From an uncultured Alphaproteobacteria bacterium (lineage in GTDB: Bacteria; Pseudomonadota; Alphaproteobacteria; Rhizobiales; Rhizobiaceae): DNA of 64,000 bases. Shown in pieces: positions 1-10,022 of this stretch. Under the pieces are notes generated by a model. The model was not told where the DNA came from, made no database searches, and was given only the letters and a program-made list of their open reading frames with translations. Position 1 is the stretch's first letter, and every line of letters begins with the position of its first letter. Both the position numbers and the translations under genes were made by a program. Location of the stretch: assembly GCA_963839725.1 (NCBI GenBank), contig CAWIWT010000043.1, forward strand, positions 1,798-65,797, read 5' to 3'.

Positions 1-2214
1 GCGCCGGCCGGCGGCATCGTGGACTACGCCATGGCGATTCTGGCCGCGAGTGAAATGGAGGCCGACGAGCTTGCCGACTTCGCTGCCACCGTCGCCAAGG
101 CCGCGAACATTGGTGTCCGGGCCGTGTTGGCACGGATGGCCAAACAACGCCGGGAGCGGGAACAGGCAGAGCGGAAAGCGGCCATGGCGCCAGGGGCGGA
201 CGGCAGAATTGTTCGGCCGCGTCCGGAACCGGACGGCGAATTGACGCCGATTGTGACATTCCTGGACCAGCTTCTCGCTGCGGATCGGCGAGAGGAGCCG
301 CCCATGCGCGACGCATCGGGCAACCTGGTCGAGGTGCGGGTTCGAGAGCCCTGGGCTCTCCACCTTCTGACTGCGGATGGCACCAATGACACCGCCGACG
401 ATATCGAAGCGATGAAGGCGCCCGCCGAACCGGGTCTGGTGCGGCTCACGCCGATCGGTGTCGAGATGCTCGTCGAACGGTATGTCCGCTGGACCGTGGT
501 TAAGGAGAACAAGCAGTTACTTCGGCGCCCTGCCCAGACCGTACATCGATGCTTTGATGCAGCTTTCGCCGAGTGCCATTCCCGAGGTGCGGGCGATCAA
601 CACGACACCGCTGATCTCAATGTCGGGGAACGTCATCGATGGTGTTGGCCTGGATCGCAACACCGGGCTGGTCCATCGGATCGATCCGCTGCTGCGCGCT
701 TGCCTGCCGGCCGAGACACCGACCGAGCAGGCGGTCCGGGAGGCGGTGACTTTTCTCTTTGATGAGTGGCTGATCGATGTCGCGCTGGATCGGGTCGGCA
801 AGGCCATCGCGATCATGATGGCGATGACACTGATCGAGAGGGCGTTGCTTCCGGAGCGGCCGGCATTTTTCGTGACCGCAGGGCAGCGTGGGGGCGGCAA
901 GACGACGCTGGTCATCATGATCACGCTGGCAGCGCTGGGTCGTCGGGCAGCCGCCGCCGGTTGGTCCGAAAACGCGGAGGAGCGCAGGAAGGCGCTGTTC
1001 TCCTATCTGCGCCAAGGCGTGGCGTGCCTCGCTTGGGACAATATCGCCCGAGGCTCGGCAATCAGTTGTCCGCACATCGAGGCGGCGCTCACAGCAGCCG
1101 AAACGTCGGATCGCGTGCTGGGCGTTTCCCGCGTCGAAACAGTGCCGTCGACCACCGTGCAGATCTTTACCGGCAATTCGATTACGCCACGCGGCGACAT
1201 GGCGAGCCGGTCGCTGATGCTGGCGCTGAACGTCGACCGCCCGGACCCGGAGAACCGCACCTTCGAGCATCCCGATCCGTTGGCCTGGACGCAGGCCAAC
1301 CGGCCCAAGATCGTCCGCGCCCTCTATACAATATTGATAGCCGGGGCTGTGAACCGCCCCCAGCATCAGGAGGCGAAGACCCGGTTCAAGACTTGGTGGA
1401 CCCTGGTGGGATGGCCGATGGAATATGCTGCCGGTTTGGTCGGGACCAGTGTGAACTGCACCGAATTGATGCGCGCAGGGGAGGTCGGGGACGAAGAGGC
1501 GTCGGCCGCATCGGCGGCACTGAGTATCCTTCGAGAAATCTGGGGAGACAGCAGATTTAGCTGCGAAGGACGTGGTTGAGGCCATGACGATCAAGCAACG
1601 AAGCTCGTGGTCATCGCCAACGAGCGCCGATGAAGTCGAAAACGCACGGGCCGAAGCCATCGCCGGCGCCTTGGGTGAACTGATCGGAAAGCGGTTGGAT
1701 CGGCCCACGGCGCATAGCATCGGCAAGCTGTTTCAGAAGCGCCTGGTCGGCCGGCCCGCATGGATCGGAGACGGCCAGATGGTCGCCACGCTGCGCAAGT
1801 TCGAAGGGCATAGCCAGAATACTTATCGCATCGAGATAACGACCCCTGGGCAAAGCTCGGTTTCCGCAGACATTTCCGCCCCGGCCGATCCAGCCCATGA
1901 CATTCCCCACAATCCCCACATTCCCCGAGATGGGGGCGCTGGAGCGGGGAATGTGGGGAAAGAAGGGAATGATTCAGCCACCGCTGGGATCCCTTTCGTG
2001 ATCACCCAAGACATGCGCCGCCGTTTGAACGCACCTCGGCTATGACAGCGAAGCCATCCGCGCCATGACGCCAGAAGATGCTTGGCGGCTGCTTGGAGGT
2101 GCCGACAAGCCGGACGCCCCGTCGAGAAATGGTCCCGCGGACGGTGCGGAGGCAAACCGTCCCGCCAAATCTGCCCCGGAAGAAGCGCCGGCAGGGTGGA
2201 GTGCGCGGCTATGA
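1..2214 (+). pseudogene. Phage/plasmid-type primase-associated P-loop helicase (5' end outside window), broken by three +1 frameshifts near 510, 1560 and 2033
   Basis: ORF pieces 19-762, 458-1579 and 1572-2045 join into one protein. Motifs: Walker A AGQRGGGKTT, Walker B LAWDN, motif-C-like IFTGN. A last frame (LGYDSEAIRAMTPEDAWRLL...GWSARL*) ends at TGA 2212-2214, overlapping the next ATG (ATGA). Confidence 0.7.
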
Positions 2215-4426
2215 GCGCGGTCGACGCTCTGAGGGCGGCCAAGGACGCCGGTGTCAGCGTCACGCTGGACGGCGGCGATCTGGTGTTGCACGCGTCCGCG
2301 GAGCCGCCGCACACTGTGCTCAGCGGGCTATCACGCCACAAGGCGGCCATTGTTGCACTCCTGCGGGGGAACGATTTATGGACCGCGCCAGCAGGCGAGC
2401 CGCGGCCGATCCCAATAAAAGAACTGATCGCCGCGGCTGTGGTCAACGGCACCACATTCTCTCTTTCTGGCGCCCATGTAAGGCTAGGTGGCACGCCCCC
2501 GCCGCCAAACATCCAGCGTGAACTGCGTGCGCGCCGCAAGGAAGTGTGGGACCACCTCGGCGGTGCGGCGCTTGACCAGCCTGCGTTAGAACTGATGGCT
2601 CACCTCGGCGTGGAAGCTGTTTTGGTGACCAACCCCGCGGAGGCTCTCGCTGCTCTTGGCAACGGCCCGCTCGGCGTCGACATCGAGACGGCCCACCGGC
2701 TGCCGCGGCCACCAGCTCGATTTACACGGCGCGGCGATCTCTCCGCTACCCAGCCCAAGTCCGATGATGAAGCAGGCCTAGACCCCCATCACGCCGAAAT
2801 TGCTACGCTGCAACTGTACGCCGGCGGCCAGCAAAGCTTTGTATTTCGAGGGGCGGCCATCACTTCGGAAGTGCGTCGGCGCGTCCTTCAGGGCAATTGC
2901 ATTGTCCACAACGCTGCATTCGAACTCGCCTTTTTTAGGCACCACTGGGGCGCCTTCCCTGTTCAATTCGAATGCACGATGCAGGCAGCGGGCCTGCTAC
3001 TCGGGGTGCACCGCAGGGGCTTGGCGGACACCGCCTACGCCTGCATGGGCGTTAAGGTGCCCAAGGAGCTCCAGCGGTCCGATTGGGGTGCGGAGGAACT
3101 CTCGGCTGGCCAGATAGCATACGCTGCTGCCGACGCCGTCCTCGCCTACCGTCTTTGGCCGCGACTTAGCGAGGGTCTAAGGACAAAACAGCGATATCGC
3201 GCCTACGAACTCCAGCGGAACGTTATTCCGGCGGTCGTAGACATGCAGCTCCGCGGTATGGGCATGGACTTTGACGAACACGCTCGCCAGGTTGAGGAAT
3301 GGGACCGAGAACTGTCACAAGCGCGGCAGACTTTTGCCAACGAGACTCAATCGGCGCCTCCGTCAAAGCCTGACGACATCCGCAAGTGGTTGGAGACTGT
3401 GCTCGATGAGGAGGAGCGGCGCGCGTGGCCAACTACGAAGACCGGCAAGCTCTCCACCGCACGCAGCGATCTAGACCACCTGGCTGACAAGCCAGGTGCG
3501 CGTCCTCTGCTCAACATTCTGGCTAAGGAGAAGCTCAGATCGACCTTCGGCGCCAAACTCCGCAAGACGGTCAACTCCGTCACAGGCCGCTTACACACAC
3601 AGTATAATATTGCAGGTGCGAAGAGTGGCCGGTTCACGTCATCACGTCCTAACCTGCAGCAGTTGCCTGACGAAGCGAGCACCGGAGTTCAAGAAATGTA
3701 TCGTCGCACGCCCCGGCTATCTGCTGATCGCTTGCGACTGGTCAGCCGTGGAACTCCGAGCGGCCGCATGGGTAGCGGGAGACGCAGCACTTGCAGATGA
3801 GCTCAACTCCGGCCGCGATTTTCACCGGCAAACCGCTGCCGCAATGGCGAGCGTACCGATCGAACAGGTGACCGACGATCAGCGCCAGGCGGCAAAGGCA
3901 GTCGCATTCGGTTCAATCTATGGGATGGGAGCCTAAAGGTCTTGTTCATGCCTTGTGGAGCGGATACCAGGTCGAAATCAGCGAAGACGAGGCCCGCCAA
4001 AAGCTTGATCGCTTCTTTGCCAAATATCGGAAACTCAGGCTGTGGTGCCGCAGCCACGCCGAAAAGTGCAGACGCGAGGGCCTGGTCCGCATCGGGTGTG
4101 GGCGCGTTGTTGAAGAACGTTGGGAGCCGGGTGGTCTAAGCTACCCGCAGATGTGTAACCTCCCGATTCAGGGTATTTGCGCCGACGCTCTGATGCGCGC
4201 GATCATCCTTGTGAACGATCGTCTGGAAGAGGCTGGAATTGGCGGCGGCTTGGTTGCCGCAGTGCACGATGAACTATTGATCGAAGTGCCGGAGGGTGAC
4301 GCGGAACGAGCTCGCGACATCCTTGAGCGGAGCATGGTGGACGCTTTCGTAGATACCTTTCCTGGGGCCCAGACCAACGGCCTCGCAGTCGCGAAGATCG
4401 GCCGAACTTGGGCCGACGTGAAATAG
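2211..4426 (+). pseudogene. Family A DNA polymerase with 3'-5' exonuclease domain and no 5'-3' nuclease; two +1 frameshifts near 3670 and 3930
   Basis: Exo motifs GVDIET, HNAAFE and YAAADA; SSRPNLQQLP; motif A DWSAVELR; motif B RQAAKAVAFGSIYG; NLPIQG; motif C VHDELL. These lie across ORFs 2082-3800, 3496-3936 and 3920-4426. ATG 2211 overlaps the helicase stop. Confidence 0.88.
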
Positions 4427-4515
4427 AGCTTTTCGTGGAATGCGCCGGCGGGCATTGTCACGGGAACGGGCTGGCACCCCAACTGCTGTGCCGGTATGAC
4501 GAACCACGCCGACTT

Positions 4516-7299
4516 TCAGATCGCGAGCGCTTCCTCCGCTGCCTTGTCTTCTGTCCAGGCAGCGCCTTCGGCCATGAGGCTGGTGCGCTCTTCCTGGGCC
4601 AATGCCGCAGCGACGAGCGCTGACGCGCGATCGTGCGATGTCTGCTCGTTGAAGTCGCGATGGAATTCCTTGCTCGCCTGGTACCAAGCGTCAAGGTAGC
4701 CGAGCAAGCGCGCGGCGCGCTCGAACTGCCCGCGCTCGGCCGCAATCAGCGCCATGTGGTGCGTCGTCCAGGCGACGTAGTTCGACCGGCCGCCGACGGA
4801 ACGCTCGTCGCGCAAGCTCTCCTTTGCGGCCTGTTCTGCCTCATCGACTTCACCGAGCGCCAACAGGTAGCCCGCGAGATTCGAGCGGGTGAGCATTACT
4901 GCCGGCCGATCCTTGTTGTTCGTGCCAATTTCGACAGCTTCGCGGGCAATCTCCACCGCTTGTTCGGCATGGCCGGCGCCATACTCGCGCTCGGCGAGAT
5001 TGTTGAGGGCGTGGAGCAATCCGGATCGGTCGCCGAGCGCCCGATGCATCGTCGCCGCCTCGCGCAGCAGCTGTGTCCCCACCACAGAATCGCCTGCGTA
5101 CCCCGTGCACACACCTGTCAAGTCGAGGCACTCCCCGAGGTATTTGCTAGGCCCGAGCGGCTCCAGGAGCGCACGCGCCTCGCGCAGCAAGGCTTCTCCC
5201 TCGGCCGTGTCGCCGGGCCGCACAAGCGCTGCGCCGGCGCGCATGAGCGCGACCCCCAAAGCCTGCGGGTCTGAGAGGCCGCGGTAGAGGTCGGCCGCTT
5301 GGAGCGCGGCGGCGGCAGCTACAGGATGGGAGAGGCTGTCGATGTAGAAATTCTTGGCCAACCAGAGCCGTGCTGCAGTGGCCAGCGGGGTCTGTTCATC
5401 GATTTGCGCGAGCGCCGTATCGACCCATCTGATGAGCTCGGGGAAGAGCCACAGCTCCCAGAGCAGCCGCATCGAGCATCCGACCAGGTCGAGGCCGAGC
5501 GCCACATCTCCATCCGGACCGAACGCCCACTCGACAGTCGTGCGGAGATTGTCCAGTTCGGGCGCATAGATTTGGAGCCAAGCGTCGGTGGGGGCGGTCG
5601 GCCAGACTTCCCCGGCCCTGACGTAGAACGCCAGCAAGTGCTCGGCGAGCCGCCGGTGCCAGTCGCCTTCGCCACATTCCACCAGCCTCTCGCCGGCATA
5701 TTGGCGTGTCGACTCGAGCAGACGGTAACGGGTTTCGCTGCCGCTCGAATCGGCGACGACCAAGGATTTATCGACGAGCGATCCCAGCAGGTCGAAGATC
5801 TGCCACGCCTCCAGCGGAGCGCCGGCAGCGACGGCGGTGGCGCCGCCCAGCGTCCAGCCGCCGGCGAAGACCGACAGCCGCCGCAAGAGGGTCTGCTCAC
5901 TTCCCGACAGAAGGTTGTAGCTCCAGTCGATCAGTGCTTTCAGCGTCTGCTGCCGGGGCAGTGCCGTGCGGCTGCCGCCAGTCAAGATGCGGAACCGGTC
6001 GTCGAGGTGCTTCGCTAGCTCCTCCGGCTTCAGCATCTTCAGCCGCGGCGCGGCCAGCTCGATGGCGAGCGCCACGCCGTCGAGCCGTCTACAGATCTCC
6101 GCCACCGCCGGCGCATTGTCTTCAGCAACGGCAAAGCCGGCGACGGCCGCACGTGCGCGCTGGGCGAAAAGACGCACCGCGCCATAGCCTAACGCCGCCT
6201 CTGCCGTAATGCCTTCCAGCCGATCCGGAAACCCGAGGGACGGCATGCGATAGATGGCCTCACCGGTAATCGCCAGCGGCTCGCGGCTCGAGGCCAGCAG
6301 CGACATTTTCGGGCACTTGCGGATGATCGCGTCCGCAAGACTCGCGACTGCCACGACGAGATGTTCGCAATTGTCGAGGATGAGCAGCGCCTGCTTTTCT
6401 CTGAGGAGACTGACGACGGTGTCGAGGGGCTTCTGCCGGGCGCCGATCGGAAAGCCGAACAGCGCTGTGATGTTCTCCGCGATGAGCTGCGGGTCCGTCA
6501 GTGGCGCCAATTCGACCAACCAAACGCCGTCGTCATACCGATCCAGCACCTCCGCCGCGACTTGCAGCGACGTGCGGGTCTTGCCGATCCCGCCCGAGCC
6601 GACGAGCGTGACGAGCCGATTCTTATCCAGGAGCGCCTTGATCTCCGCCATTTCGTTCTCGCGGCCGATGAAGGCGGTGACCTGCTGTGGCAGGTTGTTC
6701 AAGATTGCGGCAAGCGAACGCAGGGTCGGGAATTCGCTTGGGAGGTCCGGTGTGACGAGCTGATGGATTTCCTGAGATTCGGCGAGATCCCTTAGCCGAT
6801 GCGGGCCGAGGCCGACGAGGCTCGACCCGAGTGGCAGCGATCCTCGAGAGAGTTCGGCGGCGACTGCCGAGACGAGCACCTGGCCTCCGTGGCCGGCGGC
6901 AAGCAGCCGCGCAACCCTGTTGAGCGGCTGGCCGAAATAGTCGCTGTCGCGCGCCTCGACCGCGCCCACATCTACTGCCATACGCACCTTCAGCCCGCCG
7001 ATCTCGGCGAAACCGTCCGTCGCGAGTGCGCGCTGCCCGGCTAGCGCCGCAGCAAGCGCGTCTGAGGTGTTCGAAAAGGCCGCGCAAAAGGCGTCACCCA
7101 CCGTCTTGAAGACCTGTCCGCCCGACTGCGAGATCGTCGCACGGAGGATGCTGTCGTGCCTTGCGAGTGCGATTTGCATGGCCGCCGGCGCTCGTTCCCA
7201 GCGATCCGTCGAGCCTTCGATGTCGGTAAAGAGGAATGCCAGTATTCCGCCTCTGACGGGATTGTCCGTGGGAACGGGCGAAATGCCGGCCTCAGGCAT
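4516..7299 (-). CDS. Class III adenylate/guanylate cyclase fused to an NB-ARC/STAND-type ATPase and TPR repeats
   Basis: Cyclase motifs FLFTDIEGST, KTVGDAF and DYFGQPLNRVARL; P-loop GSGGIGKT; Walker B LILDNCEHL; CRRLDGVALAIELAA; helical C-terminal repeats. Start placed at ATG 7299 (MPEAG) rather than 7440. Confidence 0.9.
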   Translation of the reverse strand: MPEAGISPVPTDNPVRGGILAFLFTDIEGSTDRWERAPAAMQIALARHDSILRATISQSGGQVFKTVGDAFCAAFSNTSDALAAALAGQRALATDGFAEIGGLKVRMAVDVGAVEARDSDYFGQPLNRVARLLAAGHGGQVLVSAVAAELSRGSLPLGSSLVGLGPHRLRDLAESQEIHQLVTPDLPSEFPTLRSLAAILNNLPQQVTAFIGRENEMAEIKALLDKNRLVTLVGSGGIGKTRTSLQVAAEVLDRYDDGVWLVELAPLTDPQLIAENITALFGFPIGARQKPLDTVVSLLREKQALLILDNCEHLVVAVASLADAIIRKCPKMSLLASSREPLAITGEAIYRMPSLGFPDRLEGITAEAALGYGAVRLFAQRARAAVAGFAVAEDNAPAVAEICRRLDGVALAIELAAPRLKMLKPEELAKHLDDRFRILTGGSRTALPRQQTLKALIDWSYNLLSGSEQTLLRRLSVFAGGWTLGGATAVAAGAPLEAWQIFDLLGSLVDKSLVVADSSGSETRYRLLESTRQYAGERLVECGEGDWHRRLAEHLLAFYVRAGEVWPTAPTDAWLQIYAPELDNLRTTVEWAFGPDGDVALGLDLVGCSMRLLWELWLFPELIRWVDTALAQIDEQTPLATAARLWLAKNFYIDSLSHPVAAAAALQAADLYRGLSDPQALGVALMRAGAALVRPGDTAEGEALLREARALLEPLGPSKYLGECLDLTGVCTGYAGDSVVGTQLLREAATMHRALGDRSGLLHALNNLAEREYGAGHAEQAVEIAREAVEIGTNNKDRPAVMLTRSNLAGYLLALGEVDEAEQAAKESLRDERSVGGRSNYVAWTTHHMALIAAERGQFERAARLLGYLDAWYQASKEFHRDFNEQTSHDRASALVAAALAQEERTSLMAEGAAWTEDKAAEEALAI

Positions 7300-7315
7300 T
7301 TGCGGAACTAAGCCC

Positions 7316-7600
7316 CTACCGGTCGATGCTGATGAAGCGCGAGGGGTGGACATCCATGACGTTCTCCTCGCATCCCTCGAGTTTCGGCGAGACGATGCTC
7401 TGGTAGCTGAAGAAAAGCAGCGGCATGATGCCGAGATCATCCACCAGCATCTTTTCGGCTTCCGCGAGGACCTTCATGCGCTCTTGCGGATTGCCTCCCG
7501 GCCGCCGCGCAGCGGATTGTCAGGGCGGTAGCCCAGCTCGGTCAGTATCCTCGTCGCTTCGTCCTCGCGCTCGATCTGCGGCATGGCGGCGTCGGATGCG
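7316..7600 (-). pseudogene. Internally deleted 3' remnant of a second oppA-like peptide-binding protein gene
   Basis: Encodes EREDEATRILTELGYRPDNPL joined directly to GGNPQERMKVLAEAEK...DVHPSRFISIDR*, paralogous to the C-terminus of 7847-9000. Confidence 0.75.
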
Positions 7601-7846
7601 CACCTTAGCACATGATAGCGGTCGACGAGGTATTGGTCAGTAGGCCCGTCAAAATGAGTTGGTCCCGTCGCCAACGAACGGCCACTTAGGGTCAAACCCT
7701 CCCGTTTCCCGGGCGACCGCGGACGTTGACTAAGCGCTCATAAGCCGACGTTAGGTTAGGCGGCCCGATCGGAAGCGATGCGCCAACAGCGGTCATGAGG
7801 CGACGCCCTCAAGGACGTTTAGCAAGACATCGGGCGGGGAATTTGA

Positions 7847-9000
7847 CTATCGGCTCACGCTGATGAAGCGCGAGGGGTGGACGTCCAGCGCGTTCTCTTC
7901 CCAGCCTGTGACCCGGGAGGAGACAATGTTGTGGAAGCTGAAGTAGAGCATCGGGATGAAGGCGACGTCGTCGATCATCACCTTCTCGGCCTCAGCCAGG
8001 AGCCGCATGCGCTCTTCCGGATTGTCGCCGGCCGCGGCAGCAGCATCCATCAGCCGCTCGAACTCCGCGCTGTCATAATGTGAGTAGTTGTTTCCGCTCG
8101 CGCGCCGCCCCAGGCCCAAGAACGTCTCGGGGTCCTTGTAATCGGCGATCCAGCCGCCAAGCCCAAGGTCGAAGTCACCGCCGTTTTCCATCATGCCGTA
8201 ATGCGTGCCGACGTCCGTGTTGAGAATGGAGGCCCGGACTCCGAGCTGGCGGAGCCCCTCCTGGATCGCCACGGCATTGCCCTGGTTGTTGTCCGACTCG
8301 TAGATGCGAAGCTCCAGCTTCAGCGGATTGTCGGGTCCATAGCCGAGCCCGGCGAGGATGGCCGCCGCCTCGTCCTCCCGCGCAAGCTGGTCCAGGCCCG
8401 CATAGTCGGCCTCGTAGGGCGTGTAGCCGCCGATGCCGGGCGGCACCATGCTGTAGGCAGGGAACATGCTGCCTCCCCACACTTTTTCGGCAAGGAAGTC
8501 GCGGTCGATCGCCATGGAGATGGCGCGGCGGACCGTCGGGTTGCTCCAGGGTTCCTTGTCGAGCTTGATCGCGAAGTAATAGGTGCCGAGATAGGCGCCG
8601 ACATGCACCTCGTCACCAAATCTCGCGCGGAGGTCCGCGAGCTGCTCGGTCGGCAGGTCGTCGTTGGAATCGAGTTCGCCCGCCTGGAAGCGCTTGATCG
8701 CGGTCGAGCTGTCCGTCGTGGGGTAGAAATTCACAGTATCGAGCCTCACACTGTCGGAGTCATGAAACTTCGGGTTCTTGACAATCCTGACGTGGTCGTT
8801 CGGCACCCATTCCGCGAGGATGAAGGCGCCGTTTGAGACGAGATTGCCGGGCTTCGTCCATTCCGCGCCGAATTCTTCCACATTGGCCCGATGCACGGGA
8901 TAGGCCGCCTGATGCTCCAGCATCTCGAGGAAATACGGCGTCGGCGCGTTGAGCGTGATCTCAAGTGTCTTCGGATCGATGGCGCGCGCGCCTATCTCTG
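7847..9000 (-). pseudogene. oppA: Oligopeptide ABC substrate-binding protein, 3' part (split by IS21)
   Basis: SBP family 5 sequence (IDPKTLEITLNAPTPYFLEML, NGAFIL, GWIADYKDP), resuming right at the IS21 end. Confidence 0.88.
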
Positions 9001-9518
9001 TGTGCAACGACAATTGCGGTGGTGGGTCGGCGACGATTAGGATGACCGGGGCTGGGGAGGCTCAAGCGGGGCGCTTTGGCGAGCTTTCTGGGAGGGGCAG
9101 CCTTGTCGAGGGCGGTGCGCCTTCGGTAGCTTTCGGTGTTGATCTCCAGAATGGTCGCGTGGTGGACGAGGCGATCGATGGCGGCCACGGTCACGGCTGG
9201 ATCGGGGAAGACCTTGTCCCACTCGCTGAACGGCTGATTGCAGGTGATGATGAGGCTCTTGCGCTCGTATCGCTCGGCGATGAGTTCGAAGAGCACGGCG
9301 GTTTCTGCCTGGTCCTTGCGGACGTAGCCGAGGTCGTCGAGGATGAGACAATCGAACTTGTCGAGCTTGGCAAGGCTAGCCGGGAGGAGGAGATCGCGCC
9401 GGGCGGCCTGCAGTTTCTGGACGAGATCGGTGGTTCGAGAGAAGAGCACGCGATAGCCGTGGTCGATGAGGCCGGCGCCGATGGCGGCGGCGACATGGGT
9501 CTTGCCGGTGCCGCTCGG
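9001..9518 (-). pseudogene. istB: IstB ATPase, 3' part (starts inside Walker A)
   Basis: PSGTGKTHVAAAIG, LILDDLGYV, IITCNQPFSEW, AIDRLVHH. Confidence 0.9.
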
Positions 9519-9520
9519 AG

Positions 9521-10006
9521 CAGCGTCATACTGCCCGGCGTCCGGCGTCTGAGGCTCGGATCCTTTATCCCTTTCACCCGCGCGCCGGCGAGACGGTGGT
9601 GGTGGTCGGCTCGAAGCGCCACGCCGGCGCTGAGCATCTCATCATCCGGCAACCTGATCGGACCCTGGCGCTGCTACCGGCATGGATGACCGAGCCGGGT
9701 CGACTGGCTCAGCCCCTTGTTGGACATCCACGGTTTCCAGTCGAAAAGCTGTCTGACCTGCGCGCGCTTGTCGATGCCTTCATGGCCTCATGCGAGGGGG
9801 ATTCGCCCCCGTGCAAGGGAGCCGATGATGCGAAGAGCGCAACACAATCAGAGGGATCTATTCGACCAAGCGACACGGGTGAGGGAGCTTCCGCCCGACC
9901 TGCGGACGAAGCTGACCCCGCTGGTCCAGGTGTTGCTGACAGAGGCGGCGGCCGCTGGGCCGCGCCAGGCCAAGGCGGACGATCTCGGCGAGGAGGACGG
10001 CGATGA
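9521..10006 (+). CDS. Accessory ORF of the recombinase element, DUF5372-like
   Basis: Open from the element end (ILYPFHPRAGETVVVVG...LALLPAWMT) and overlapping the recombinase start. No canonical start codon at the 5' boundary; GTG at 9596. Confidence 0.55.
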   Translation, partial: QRHTARRPASEARILYPFHPRAGETVVVVGSKRHAGAEHLIIRQPDRTLALLPAWMTEPGRLAQPLVGHPRFPVEKLSDLRALVDAFMASCEGDSPPCKGADDAKSATQSEGSIRPSDTGEGASARPADEADPAGPGVADRGGGRWAAPGQGGRSRRGGRR

Positions 10007-10022
10007 CCAAGATCACGCCTGA
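9825..10022 (+). CDS. 65-aa ORF overlapping the recombinase start
   Basis: ATG 9825, MMRRAQHNQRDLFD...DDQDHA*; overlaps ATG 10003. Confidence 0.5.
   Translation: MMRRAQHNQRDLFDQATRVRELPPDLRTKLTPLVQVLLTEAAAAGPRQAKADDLGEEDGDDQDHA

Noticed and set aside
7300-7440. N-terminal extension of the cyclase ORF
   Set aside because: It is an off-frame reading of the oppA remnant.
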